Notes: generated by a model not told the origin, from the letters alone. DNA of 64,000 nucleotides from Candidatus Nanoarchaeia archaeon (GCA_028718805.1 JAQUKY010000007.1:18176-82175); one strand, 5' to 3'. Counted from the stretch's first letter, positions 10,845 to 20,545 are shown. Numbers and translations: made by a program.

Positions 10845-11315
10845 ATGCCTCACATACATGATAAAGTTGACTTTACAGTGGAAGTTTTTATTGTTTATAA
10901 AAACAAAGTCCTCCTGCGCAAGCATGACAAATATAAAATGTGGTTAAGTGTAGGCGGGCATATTGAGCTGGATGAAGACCCAAATCAGGCAGCAGTCAGA
11001 GAAGTTAAAGAAGAAGTTGGATTGGATATAGAAATTTTCAGCAAAGACATCCCTTTATTTAATCTAAAAGATTACAAAGAATTAATACCCCCAAAATTTC
11101 TGGACAGGCACAGAATAAACCCTAACCATGAGCATGTTGTTTTAGTGTATTTTGCTAAATCTTTTACTGATAAGATTAAGCAGTCTGAAGATGAGTTAAG
11201 CGAAGAGTGTAAATGGTTTACTAAAGAAGAAATTGATAATCCATCATACGGAATTAAAGAAGATATAAGATTTTATGCTAAAAAAGCATTAGAAGAATTA
11301 GGTGTAAAAGATTAA
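10845..11315 (+). CDS. NUDIX hydrolase
   Basis: GGHIELDEDPNQAAVREVKEEVG Nudix box. Confidence 0.93.
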   Translation: MPHIHDKVDFTVEVFIVYKNKVLLRKHDKYKMWLSVGGHIELDEDPNQAAVREVKEEVGLDIEIFSKDIPLFNLKDYKELIPPKFLDRHRINPNHEHVVLVYFAKSFTDKIKQSEDELSEECKWFTKEEIDNPSYGIKEDIRFYAKKALEELGVKD

Positions 11316-11327
11316 GTCTATGATAAT

Positions 11328-11397
11328 AATCAGTAATGCCAAAATCTAAACGCTTAAGCAACTAAGAGCAAAACGGATAAGAACAGGAGATATAGAG
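11328..11397 (+). repeat. Intergenic modular element
   Basis: AATCAGTAATGCC..TAAACGCTTAAGCAA..CAAAACGGATAAG. Confidence 0.75.
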
Positions 11398-11451
11398 ATC
11401 AGAGGTTTATGTTTTAGAAAATGAATATTATCAAAAAATAAGAATAGATTT

Positions 11452-12015
11452 TTACCCGAACTTATCCAGTTCTGATTTTAATCTGATATATTCTTTGACT
11501 TTTCCAAGTCTCCTGTAGATTTCAAGCATTCTTCTTCTGACATCATTTCTTTCAGCGTCTGTAACAAAATGAACAAGTTTTTCATAAACTTTTAAGGCAG
11601 CAGAGCTTCTGTTTGATTTTTCAAAATTTGATGCCTCTTGCTTGTAAAACGTAACCATATTTCTTTTTATTTGAAATTTTTCTTGCTCATCAACAAGAGC
11701 CATCGCTTTTTTATATAAATAATCAGCAGGATCATACTGACCCGCCTTGGCTAATAATTCTGCTTCCTTAACAATAGCCTCTACTTTCTCTTTAGAACCG
11801 ATGCATAATTCCCCGAACTTTGCGATATATTTTGCAGCTTCTGGGTACATTATCTTCTTTTCATACAGTTCTGAAAGTTTTTTATAACAATACTTAGAGA
11901 CATTAATATCAGGAACAGCTTTTAAGCAGGATTCCAAATATTCCATTTTTAAAAAATCAGACATAGTGTTAGCCTTTGCCTCTATTTCTTCTCTTTTTTT
12001 TTCTAGGACTTGCAT
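11452..12015 (-). CDS. TPR-like helical repeat protein
   Basis: Amphipathic helical repeats with TPR-like A/Y spacing. Confidence 0.6.
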   Translation of the reverse strand: MQVLEKKREEIEAKANTMSDFLKMEYLESCLKAVPDINVSKYCYKKLSELYEKKIMYPEAAKYIAKFGELCIGSKEKVEAIVKEAELLAKAGQYDPADYLYKKAMALVDEQEKFQIKRNMVTFYKQEASNFEKSNRSSAALKVYEKLVHFVTDAERNDVRRRMLEIYRRLGKVKEYIRLKSELDKFG

Positions 12016-12142
12016 GAACAAATGATTAATATCATATTTTTAAGCTTTGTTATGATTGTTTATATCATATTTTTACATCAGAAATATATAAACTTAAGAT
12101 AATGCTAAATAGAGCAGCTTAATCTTCCTAATCCAATATTAA

Positions 12143-12305
12143 ATAAAAAGAAATCCACATCATTTATGATGTGGTGCTGATAATCGCTAATGCTGTGATT
12201 TAAACGCTTGTGGAAGCAGGTTCAATAAATTGAAGTCCACAGGGCAAAGCGGATAAGAGTAAAGATATAAGGAAGCCCACGCATTTATGCGTGGGAGGAT
12301 GTCAC
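12143..12305 (+). mobile_element. Non-autonomous IS200/IS605-type element (MITE/PATE), copy 1
   Basis: Follows TTAA; left hairpin CCACATCA-TTTA-TGATGTGG, right hairpin CCCACGCA-TTTA-TGCGTGGG, ends GAGGATGTCAC; four near-identical copies in the window. Confidence 0.88.
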
Positions 12306-12392
12306 AATCGTTTATTGCATTACCAATATAACTTCTCCAAACAATTTAAAAACCTATTTCTGCTATTATAGAAAACTAAAGGTTAAATAAAT

Positions 12393-12439
12393 AGGCTTCA
12401 AAAGGAGATTGAGGCCTTAAAGAACCTTGGTTCTTTAAG
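12393..12439 (+). promoter_or_regulatory. Two tandem hairpins/palindromes directly before the presenilin-like gene
   Basis: AGGCTTCAA-N7-TTGAGGCCT and perfect CTTAAAGAACC-TT-GGTTCTTTAAG ending 2 nt before the ATG. Confidence 0.55.
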
Positions 12440-12441
12440 CT

Positions 12442-13371
12442 ATGAAACACAATTTAAAAATAACTGTTATTCTGATATTATTGTTTCTTATTACTCAGAT
12501 AATAGGGTTATTTGTTGTTAATTTTTATCAAAGTTCACAGATTCCATATGGAATGGAACCTCCATCAGATATTAACCCTCAAACTTCAATAATTTCAATA
12601 CTTTTTGCTTTTGCTTTGGCAATTACTTTATTTTTTATATTAACAAGGATAAATGCTGAAAAGTTTATCAGGCTTTGGTTTTTTGCAGTTACTGTAATAG
12701 CGATTGGTTTAACAATTAATTTTGTTATTATCTCTATTCTTAAAAATCCGCCAAACCCTTATGAATATCTGAGCATTATTGCTTTAATACTTGCAATACC
12801 TTTAGCATATTTTAAAATATTCAGAAAAAATATTTTGATTCATAATTTTACAGAGTTATTAATATACCCAGGAATTGCAGCTGTTTTTGTTCCTATCTTA
12901 AATGTTTTAGGGATAATCCTCCTTCTTTTGGCTATTTCTCTGTATGATATATGGGCAGTTTGGCATTCAAAATTTATGCAGAATATGGCAAAATATCAGA
13001 TTGATAAGTTAAAATTTTTCACAGGATTTTTTATTCCCTATGCTGGAAGTGAAATGAAAAATAAGATAAAATTATTAAAGCAGAAATATAAAAATAAATC
13101 TGGGAGAGTAAGGGAAGCAGCATTTGCAAAAGCAAAAATAAAAATTAATTTGGCTATTTTAGGCGGGGGGGACATTGTATTCCCGATAATCACAGCAGGA
13201 GTATTCTTTAAATATGCAGGATTAATTCCTGCATTGATAATAACAGTTTCAGCAACAATAGGTTTGTTATTCTTATTTATCTTAGCAAGAAAAGGTAAGT
13301 TTTATCCTGCAATGCCCTTTTTAACAATTGCAATGTATTTAGGAATGATGCTCAGCTGGCTGATATTTTGA
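12442..13371 (+). CDS. Presenilin/SPP-family (A22) intramembrane aspartyl protease
   Basis: Multi-TM; YD, LGGGD and PAMP motifs. Confidence 0.9.
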   Translation: MKHNLKITVILILLFLITQIIGLFVVNFYQSSQIPYGMEPPSDINPQTSIISILFAFALAITLFFILTRINAEKFIRLWFFAVTVIAIGLTINFVIISILKNPPNPYEYLSIIALILAIPLAYFKIFRKNILIHNFTELLIYPGIAAVFVPILNVLGIILLLLAISLYDIWAVWHSKFMQNMAKYQIDKLKFFTGFFIPYAGSEMKNKIKLLKQKYKNKSGRVREAAFAKAKIKINLAILGGGDIVFPIITAGVFFKYAGLIPALIITVSATIGLLFLFILARKGKFYPAMPFLTIAMYLGMMLSWLIF

Positions 13372-13689
13372 ATATCCGCATTCTATTAAAACTCTGTCAA
13401 CTAAATCTTTTCCTTTTTGGGCATTTCTTAGTATTTTAGGATTAGCATATTTTAAATATTCTATATAGTCCTGTTCTATTAAAGGGGTTATAACATCTCT
13501 TGTAAATTGCCCCTCATTTTTAATTCCAACATTTTCTTTCAATTCTCGTCTCGGCAATTTCCCCCTAGAATAAAGCTCCATCAATGCTATGGCTCTGTAC
13601 ATTGTCAATCCTTCTTTTTTAAAAGCTCTTGCAATTTTTGTTCCTGTTTTTAGATATCTTAATGAATCTCTGACATTTATTTCTTTCAT
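13339..13689 (-). CDS. Putative winged-helix DNA-binding protein
   Basis: MarR-like pattern (LPRRELKE...LIEQDYIE...QKGKDLV). Confidence 0.5.
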   Translation of the reverse strand: MKEINVRDSLRYLKTGTKIARAFKKEGLTMYRAIALMELYSRGKLPRRELKENVGIKNEGQFTRDVITPLIEQDYIEYLKYANPKILRNAQKGKDLVDRVLIECGYSKYQPAEHHS

Positions 13690-13743
13690 TTTATGGAAAT
13701 TTTTTTAAAATTTACATGATTGAAAATTTCATAAATTTTCATT

Positions 13744-14130
13744 TTACGGATATTTAAAATCTCTGCCTGGTAGGAGAATCTCATTTCTCTTATGATGCTT
13801 TCTTGCCCGCATTTCCTCTTCTTTTCTTCTATTAAAATCATCCACAATCCATTGCAAGTCTCTTTTTTCGGGCAGTGGCCTGATTATTCCCAAAGGCAAA
13901 GGCAATTCTGTTGGGCTATCATTATTGATAGATGCCTGAGAGCAGTTCATATCATAGACTATTGAAGGCATAATATATGCATAGCCATTATCTTTATCAA
14001 TTTGTCTTAAAACCCCCCAAACAGAAGCTCCGTTGAAGGTGCTAAAACATTTAGGTTCGCCATTTATATGTGAATCCCATGGAGATTCTTGTAAATTAAA
14101 ATTTCCAAAGTTTCGGTTGTTGTCATCCAT
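13744..14130 (-). CDS. Hypothetical protein
   Basis: 128 aa ORF abutting the signal peptidase gene. Confidence 0.6.
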   Translation of the reverse strand: MDDNNRNFGNFNLQESPWDSHINGEPKCFSTFNGASVWGVLRQIDKDNGYAYIMPSIVYDMNCSQASINNDSPTELPLPLGIIRPLPEKRDLQWIVDDFNRRKEEEMRARKHHKRNEILLPGRDFKYP

Positions 14131-14131
14131 T

Positions 14132-14626
14132 TTACCAGATAATTCCGATTGTAATAAATTTTATATCTTTAAATCTTATTTTTCCGTCATTTATAGAGTT
14201 ATTGTCCCCTTTTGTTGTGAAATAAGTTCCTTCACTATCTGTTCCTATATTTACAACTCTATGAACAATCAACATATTATCTTGTTTAAATGTTATTATA
14301 TCCCCTATATGAATATCTGCTTCAGATTTTGGAACAATTCTTATTCCATTGCTTCCTTCATCTAAAACAGGTAGCATACTTCCAGTAGCAGCATATCTGC
14401 TTATACTTGCATTTTCAACATTAATTATGATTTTATCATCATAAATCTGTATTTGATTTTCTTTCACAAAATCAAAAGGAGCAGAATTATTTCCTGAAGA
14501 AAACGAAAAGTTAGTAAATGAAAAGGGAATTTCACTTCCATAAATCAAGAATAATCCTGCGATGTTGGCGCTAAGAAAACCCAAAAGAAATATAATGCTT
14601 ACCTTGATTAACTTTTCAATGTTCAT
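14132..14626 (-). CDS. Signal peptidase I (S26, archaeal type)
   Basis: N-terminal TM, TGSMLP, GDII, IVHRV, KGDNN. Confidence 0.88.
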   Translation of the reverse strand: MNIEKLIKVSIIFLLGFLSANIAGLFLIYGSEIPFSFTNFSFSSGNNSAPFDFVKENQIQIYDDKIIINVENASISRYAATGSMLPVLDEGSNGIRIVPKSEADIHIGDIITFKQDNMLIVHRVVNIGTDSEGTYFTTKGDNNSINDGKIRFKDIKFITIGIIW

Positions 14627-14868
14627 TTTTTTCTTTTGTGAATATTTATCTCATATAAATCCCCTTTGTTATCTTTATAAGAAGCGGTAAAACCAGATTT
14701 AGTAACAACAAGGTACTGTGGAGAATCTCCTAGAGACCGAGACTTTGTTGCATTTCTATAAGGAACATCTTTCATTATACTAGTTATAGCTTCTGCAGAG
14801 AGAACTATACTCCTAAGATTTTTTCTAATTCTGATTCTTCTTTGTTCTGTTGTTCTATTCTTTGTCAT
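14623..14868 (-). CDS. Hypothetical small basic protein
   Basis: ATG at 14868, 4-nt overlap with the downstream gene. Confidence 0.55.
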   Translation of the reverse strand: MTKNRTTEQRRIRIRKNLRSIVLSAEAITSIMKDVPYRNATKSRSLGDSPQYLVVTKSGFTASYKDNKGDLYEINIHKRKK

Positions 14869-15016
14869 TTTACTACCAAAATATGATACTTTTGCCTTAT
14901 AAATCTTACTGTTTTGTACCAATTACATAGTGATAACAAAAGCAAAAGATTTATAAAGGCTTTTTTATTACTTATTTTAGGTGATTTTTAGAGGTTTTAA
15001 AACATATTAAAATAAA

Positions 15017-15433
15017 ATGGATAATCAGACAATAGAAACCAATCAGATTTATAATGCATTTAAGGAAGCAGGTTTAGAAAGTGAAGCAAGGAAATTATCA
15101 ACAACCAAAAATCAAGAAGTAGTTCCTGCAATAGGACGTTATATTGTGTTAATGGAGTCTGCCTTAGAAGAAAGAGCAGATGGTGATGGTCTTCTCGATA
15201 TAGTAGATACTGATGATTCAGGTTTAGAGAGCGAGGACTCAAAAAGGCACAGAGAACTGGCAAATTCCAAATATAATGAAGCAAAAGAGGGTATCTTGGA
15301 TTATTTTAGAAGCTCTGATTATCAGATAGCAATTACAAATCTTATGAGTAAAGATAAATTACGTAAAAACGAAGATTTTTATCAGTTTGAAAATACTGTT
15401 AAAAAACTTATGGAAGTAGAAAATGATAATTAA
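15017..15433 (+). CDS. Hypothetical protein
   Basis: 138 aa ORF overlapping the trmB start; TATA (TTTATAAA) near 14950. Confidence 0.6.
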   Translation: MDNQTIETNQIYNAFKEAGLESEARKLSTTKNQEVVPAIGRYIVLMESALEERADGDGLLDIVDTDDSGLESEDSKRHRELANSKYNEAKEGILDYFRSSDYQIAITNLMSKDKLRKNEDFYQFENTVKKLMEVENDN

Positions 15434-16199
15434 AAACGAACTTGTAAAACAAATAAAGGAATATTTTGGCCTGAATATTTATGAAACTAAAGTCTGGCTT
15501 TCTTTGCTTGGAAAAGGTGTTGCCTCTGCTGGAGAGATAGCAGAGATTTCAGGAGTTCCAAGAAGCAGAACCTATGATGTTCTTGAATCTTTGGAAAAAC
15601 AGGGTTTTGCAATAATAAAATTGGGAAAACCAGTTAAGTATATTGCAGTAAAGCCAAATATAATTATTGAAAAATTAAAATCAAATGCAGTAAAAAATGC
15701 AGATGAAAAAGTTAAGACTCTGGCAAAATTAAGAGATACTTCTGAATATCATGAATTAGAACAGTTGTATACAGTGGGAATACTTCCTGTAAGGCATGAA
15801 GATGTTTCAGGAGCAATAAAAGGGAAGTCAACAATATACAATCATATAAAAGATGTTTTGGAAAATGCAAAAAAAGAAGTGCTTATTTGCACCAGTGTTG
15901 ATGAACTAAAAAACAAATCAAGATTTTTCTCTTCAATTTTTGAAAGATTAAGCAAAAACGGCATTAAGATAAAAATAGCTTTATCTGGTGATGAGAGAGA
16001 AATTAGAAAAATAAACAGCAAGCACAAGTTAAAAGCAAAACACATAGATATTGATGCAAAGTTTTTTATTGCAGATAATAATCAGGTTTTATTTGCAATT
16101 TCAAATGGAAATTCTCCTGAAGAAGAATTAGCTGTCTGGCTTAATACCCCTTTCTTTACATCGGCTCTTGCTTATTTATTTGAAGAAGCGGTTAAGTAA
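15423..16199 (+). CDS. TrmB-family transcriptional regulator
   Basis: FGLNIYE..SGVPRSRTYDVLESLEKQG..GKPVKY wHTH plus C-terminal effector domain. Confidence 0.92.
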   Translation: MIIKNELVKQIKEYFGLNIYETKVWLSLLGKGVASAGEIAEISGVPRSRTYDVLESLEKQGFAIIKLGKPVKYIAVKPNIIIEKLKSNAVKNADEKVKTLAKLRDTSEYHELEQLYTVGILPVRHEDVSGAIKGKSTIYNHIKDVLENAKKEVLICTSVDELKNKSRFFSSIFERLSKNGIKIKIALSGDEREIRKINSKHKLKAKHIDIDAKFFIADNNQVLFAISNGNSPEEELAVWLNTPFFTSALAYLFEEAVK

Positions 16200-16275
16200 G
16201 ACAACAGAAAGAGGTATTAAAGATTTCTAAACAAAAAGATTTTTAAATGAAAAAGTTAGTTCTAGTATAATAAAA

Positions 16276-16629
16276 ATGGCAAATATAACAAAAAACAAAA
16301 TATTGCGTGAAAAAATTAGAAACAGCTCCAGTGTCGGAGCCAATAAGTTACACCGTTCTGTAAGAGGATACTATCATTCTTTAAGTGAAAAATTTGATGA
16401 TTTTGTTTTTATGCATATTGAAAGAGCAACAAATGGATTTAGAAGACTAACTTTAGCTGAACAATTAAATGAACTATCAGCAATAAGGCCTACAATAGAA
16501 AAAATCGCAGACTTAGATAATCCAAATCATCCCCATATCGGGGTTGCAAGAGAATTAGCAGAAGAAACTTTTTATACAATTAGGGATATATATTACCCTG
16601 CTTTAAAATATCCTAGTTTACTTATGTGA
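16276..16629 (+). CDS. Hypothetical protein
   Basis: 117 aa ORF with its own TATA-like box near 16240. Confidence 0.55.
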   Translation: MANITKNKILREKIRNSSSVGANKLHRSVRGYYHSLSEKFDDFVFMHIERATNGFRRLTLAEQLNELSAIRPTIEKIADLDNPNHPHIGVARELAEETFYTIRDIYYPALKYPSLLM

Positions 16630-17880
16630 TTCAATCTTCTTCACACTCATTTCTTTAATTATGCTTTTTTCCTTGGTTTTAAACATTTTAATAAACTCTT
16701 TAAAACTTAAATCATGCTTAATCTTTGCATAGGCAATATGATTTTTAATAAATGCATTTTTATGTACTTTTTTAAATCTGGTCAGGTTATTAGTATTAGT
16801 TACAGGGGGGCCTTTAATTATCTCATCTTTCTTCTTGTCTGAAACAAAATAGAAATAAGCAGTATTTTTATTATCATCATACTCAAACTCCTTTAACTTG
16901 ACCATAAATTCCCTTTCTAATTTTGATACAAAAAATTCAAAGAATTTTTTGCTTTTGCTTCCTGCAATATCTCCCGGTTGTTTGTCTGTCCTGACTTCAA
17001 CAATTTTTAAACCTTTTCCATATTTGTTGCTAAGCTCTTCTTTGGTATTTTTCTGAATAAAGAATTTTTCATTTGGATTTTTTAAGAATTTAGTGCAGAT
17101 TTCTTTAAACTTTCCAAAAGTCTCATTGCTTAATCCTGCGAGGGCATTTCTTTCTTTGAAAGTAGGGTCTATCAAAATAATCGGGCTTTGGGTTTTTGAT
17201 TCATTTAACTCTCTTAAAACCTCATTTTTATTTTTGTAAAATTTTTTATCATCTATGACTATTTTGCCCTTGCTGTTTATAGCAACTTGTTTCAGGAAAT
17301 TCAAAAAACTTCCATAATGGCATATTAATAATTCCAGGCTATACCCAGAAAATCCGTGAATATAGCTCTCTGCTCCATAGCAGTTTTGTGCATGGCAGAA
17401 TGTCTTTGCTAAAAGGATATCTTCTGCAAGTTTATTATTTTTTAATTTCTTTTTGATATAATTAACATGAAAATAAGATAAATCAGTTATATTTCTTGCT
17501 TCATTAATCCTTTTTATCTTTAAGACAGGTATTACCTCTAATATAATCCCCCTTACTATTATTTTGTAATAATCTCTTGAACCATGAATTCTTTTGGCCT
17601 TTCCATTTAATGCTTTTCCAAGCATATTTGAAATCTCATTATCCTCATATTTTTTATCAAACCTGACAAAAACATCAACATCATATTTATTCTTTTTTAT
17701 CAAAGTTCCTTTAGACAAACTTCCCCCAACAAAGACTTCTGCGCGGAAGTTTTTGGATTTCAATTTTTTTTCTAAATTTTTGATGAAATCATTTGTTGTG
17801 GCTTTAATCTCACTTAAAGTATTTCTGTCTGGCTTTATCTGTTCAATCTGCTGTTTAAGAATTTGATTAATGTTTTTCAT
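16618..17880 (-). CDS. cca: Archaeal class I CCA-adding enzyme
   Basis: GGSLSKGT..DVDVF nucleotidyltransferase motif, YGAE..GFSGY..ELL, IDPT..RN, GPP. Confidence 0.92.
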   Translation of the reverse strand: MKNINQILKQQIEQIKPDRNTLSEIKATTNDFIKNLEKKLKSKNFRAEVFVGGSLSKGTLIKKNKYDVDVFVRFDKKYEDNEISNMLGKALNGKAKRIHGSRDYYKIIVRGIILEVIPVLKIKRINEARNITDLSYFHVNYIKKKLKNNKLAEDILLAKTFCHAQNCYGAESYIHGFSGYSLELLICHYGSFLNFLKQVAINSKGKIVIDDKKFYKNKNEVLRELNESKTQSPIILIDPTFKERNALAGLSNETFGKFKEICTKFLKNPNEKFFIQKNTKEELSNKYGKGLKIVEVRTDKQPGDIAGSKSKKFFEFFVSKLEREFMVKLKEFEYDDNKNTAYFYFVSDKKKDEIIKGPPVTNTNNLTRFKKVHKNAFIKNHIAYAKIKHDLSFKEFIKMFKTKEKSIIKEMSVKKIESHK

Positions 17881-17927
17881 TTTTGTTTACATAATAAATA
17901 TAGAATTATCTTATTTAAAATATACTA

Positions 17928-18203
17928 TTAAAGGTATTCAAGGCTTTGCTTTTTAACAGTAATATATCCTTTGTCCCCTGGAGCTTCAAGCATTCTGCCA
18001 GGAAGCTTAATCAATGCTAATTCATCTTTTTCCTCTATGATTGTCACTAGCAATCCTTTGTCTTTTATGTATTCTTTTATATATTCGTCTTCAAAAAATC
18101 CGGAAGTTTCTGTGCCATCATAAGTGGTTACTTGCACTGCTTTTTCACAGGAAAACTGCCCTTTGCTTATTCTAACTGTTTTTAAATATGCTTTTTTATA
18201 CAT
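17928..18203 (-). CDS. Hypothetical protein
   Basis: 91 aa ORF overlapping the radical SAM stop. Confidence 0.6.
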   Translation of the reverse strand: MYKKAYLKTVRISKGQFSCEKAVQVTTYDGTETSGFFEDEYIKEYIKDKGLLVTIIEEKDELALIKLPGRMLEAPGDKGYITVKKQSLEYL

Positions 18204-19059
18204 TTTTCCTCTTTAAAATAATCTTAGACATAAGGCACGCATTATTTTGCTGGCAGTTTCTTTTGTTGAATTCATAATCTTTCTGGAATTTTAGGTTAAC
18301 AACATCATAAGGGCACTGGATAATTTTTCCTCCGATAAGATAATTTGCAAATCTGCATTTGGTATCAGGCAGAGTTTTTGTGCTCTCAAAAACCCCTCTT
18401 TTTGATATATGAATGTTCATATTTCCCTCATATTTCTCAAGAAATTTGTGCACTAATTCCTTATATTTTAAAACCGGCATTGTTATTGCAGTATCATCAA
18501 AAAATTCCTGTCTTGGATTATCTAATTCCCTTATACTTGAGATAAAAAATGTTTTGCAGTTATAATTTTTTTCAACATGATTTGCGCTTAAAATAAGCTC
18601 GTCCAGATCTGTATCTTTTGAAACCATAAAATTTGCATCAAAAGCAAGGCTTGTCTTTGGCAAGCTACAGGCACTTTTTGTTTTTCCCTTATAGCTGTAA
18701 ATAGAGACTCTTAACTTTGCACTCTTAATATCTTCAGGCTTGTATTCTCCAATAAAATACCCATTAGTGTAAATGGTGGTCTTTATTTTATTTTCATCAT
18801 TAATCTGCAATATTTCTTTTAATTTTGGATGAAGCAAGGGCTCTCCACCAAGCAAGTTAATCTGATTTCCTCCTTTTTTCAAAAACTCTCCTATTACTAA
18901 CTGATACTCTCCTAATGTTATATCACAATTATTTTCCTTTATTGCATTTCTGGCAAAACACCCTTCACAATGCAAATTGCACTTATTTGTCATAAAAACC
19001 TGAAGAGTATTTCTTCTTTCTAAAGGAACTTCCTCATATTTATCCCATGGAAACCTCAT
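18196..19059 (-). CDS. Radical SAM protein with Cys-rich C-terminus
   Basis: CNLHCEGC, GGEPLLHP, YTNG; four further C-terminal cysteines. Confidence 0.9.
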   Translation of the reverse strand: MRFPWDKYEEVPLERRNTLQVFMTNKCNLHCEGCFARNAIKENNCDITLGEYQLVIGEFLKKGGNQINLLGGEPLLHPKLKEILQINDENKIKTTIYTNGYFIGEYKPEDIKSAKLRVSIYSYKGKTKSACSLPKTSLAFDANFMVSKDTDLDELILSANHVEKNYNCKTFFISSIRELDNPRQEFFDDTAITMPVLKYKELVHKFLEKYEGNMNIHISKRGVFESTKTLPDTKCRFANYLIGGKIIQCPYDVVNLKFQKDYEFNKRNCQQNNACLMSKIILKRKNV

Positions 19060-19083
19060 TTTTTTATCACCATTTTGTATTGT

Positions 19084-19536
19084 TTAAATTATTTTTTCTA
19101 AAGTTTTTTTAGCTAAATATCTCCCAAGAGGTTTTTTTAATGAAGAATAAAATGCTTTTCTTAATTCATCTGCGGTAATATGATAATTATTAAAATGATT
19201 TATAATCTCTAAAGCAGCCTCTCTTGCCCCATATCCTTGGTCATTATCGCAAAAATTCTTTCCATCAAATACAAATTTTTTGCCTTTTTTTGAAATATAA
19301 ACATGAAAAGTTTCGTCTTGGGCTATAAACCCCCAAGCAATATATAATATTTTTTCAGGAGATTTATCTTTTTCATCCTCTTTCCATACTTCTTCATCAT
19401 CCCATAAATAAGAATATTCGTTTGAAACCTTTAATATCTCCTTAAATACCTTAGTTAATTCAATCAAATCCCTATCTCTTTTTTGCATAATAGTCGCTTT
19501 GATTAGTTCAGCCATATCCTCACTTCTTTTTGTCAT
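19084..19536 (-). CDS. Hypothetical protein
   Basis: 150 aa ORF. Confidence 0.6.
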   Translation of the reverse strand: MTKRSEDMAELIKATIMQKRDRDLIELTKVFKEILKVSNEYSYLWDDEEVWKEDEKDKSPEKILYIAWGFIAQDETFHVYISKKGKKFVFDGKNFCDNDQGYGAREAALEIINHFNNYHITADELRKAFYSSLKKPLGRYLAKKTLEKII

Positions 19537-19626
19537 AACAAAGAATTATCCCAAAAATCTTATTAACCTATTGTTTAATAAAAAATAAACCAAAAAGTTT
19601 ATAAAATGTTATATCATATTTACTTT

Positions 19627-20466
19627 ATGACCTTTGAAATTTTGATGCCGGAGATAGACAACAACCCAAAAAATACTAAAGATGCAGTTATAAGCATGCT
19701 AGTAACTGAATGGCCATTAACCTTAAGGAATATTTTTTACAGGATAAAAAAGCAATATGGGTATTCTGCCACATATCAGTCAGTTTATAAGGCTGTTAAG
19801 GAGCTGTGTGATAAAAAAGTTTTGATTGAAAAAGATAAAAAATACGAGATAAATGTCGGCTGGATTAAGAAAGTCCAGTCCTTCACGGATATTGTCGAAA
19901 CTAACTACTATGCAAAGCAAAAACTGCAGAATTTTTCAGGCGTAAAAGAATCCAAATCAGGGGATAATTTAATAATTTTAAATTTTGAAACTGTTTTTGA
20001 TGCAGAAAAATATCTTTATTATTTTATGAAAACAGAATTATTTAAAAAAAAGAATGACAAGGTATGTTTTCAGCTGACTAATGAATGGAGGCCTTTATAT
20101 TATCTGAGGGCAGAGTATAATTATTATAAAAGATTGATTAAAAGAGGGCATAAATTTTATTTTGTATGTTCGGGGCAGTCCGAAATAGAAAAACAAGCAA
20201 GAGATTTTTATAATTCAATAAAAATTAATTATAAAATAATTAATGAGAATTTTCCAAATGATACCTTGATTTTTCAGGATTTTTTCATTCAGATATTCAT
20301 TCCTGAACAATTAAAGATAAAAATGCAAAAATACCTTAAGGGCAATAATAAACTAGAGTTATTAAAAGAGGTTTTGGAAATGAATTCTTCCATAAGGGTT
20401 GTGATTAACAAAGATAAAGACTTGGCAGATGAAGTTCGAAAACAAATCATAAAGAAATTTGTATGA
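19627..20466 (+). CDS. Putative winged-helix transcriptional regulator
   Basis: N-terminal WPLT..IF..IKKQYG..TYQSVYKAVKEL wHTH pattern; divergent from the radical SAM cluster; TATA near 19598. Confidence 0.7.
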   Translation: MTFEILMPEIDNNPKNTKDAVISMLVTEWPLTLRNIFYRIKKQYGYSATYQSVYKAVKELCDKKVLIEKDKKYEINVGWIKKVQSFTDIVETNYYAKQKLQNFSGVKESKSGDNLIILNFETVFDAEKYLYYFMKTELFKKKNDKVCFQLTNEWRPLYYLRAEYNYYKRLIKRGHKFYFVCSGQSEIEKQARDFYNSIKINYKIINENFPNDTLIFQDFFIQIFIPEQLKIKMQKYLKGNNKLELLKEVLEMNSSIRVVINKDKDLADEVRKQIIKKFV

Positions 20467-20478
20467 ATTGCTTTTTTT

Positions 20479-20545
20479 ATCTATGATTTATCAAACGATT
20501 TAAGCTTGGATTTCTATGCTCCCCTAAGTTTTGTATATTATGGAT
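20479..20545 (-). repeat. Intergenic modular element
   Basis: TTATCAAACGATTTAAGCTT matches the ends at 37821 and 39551. Confidence 0.65.
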
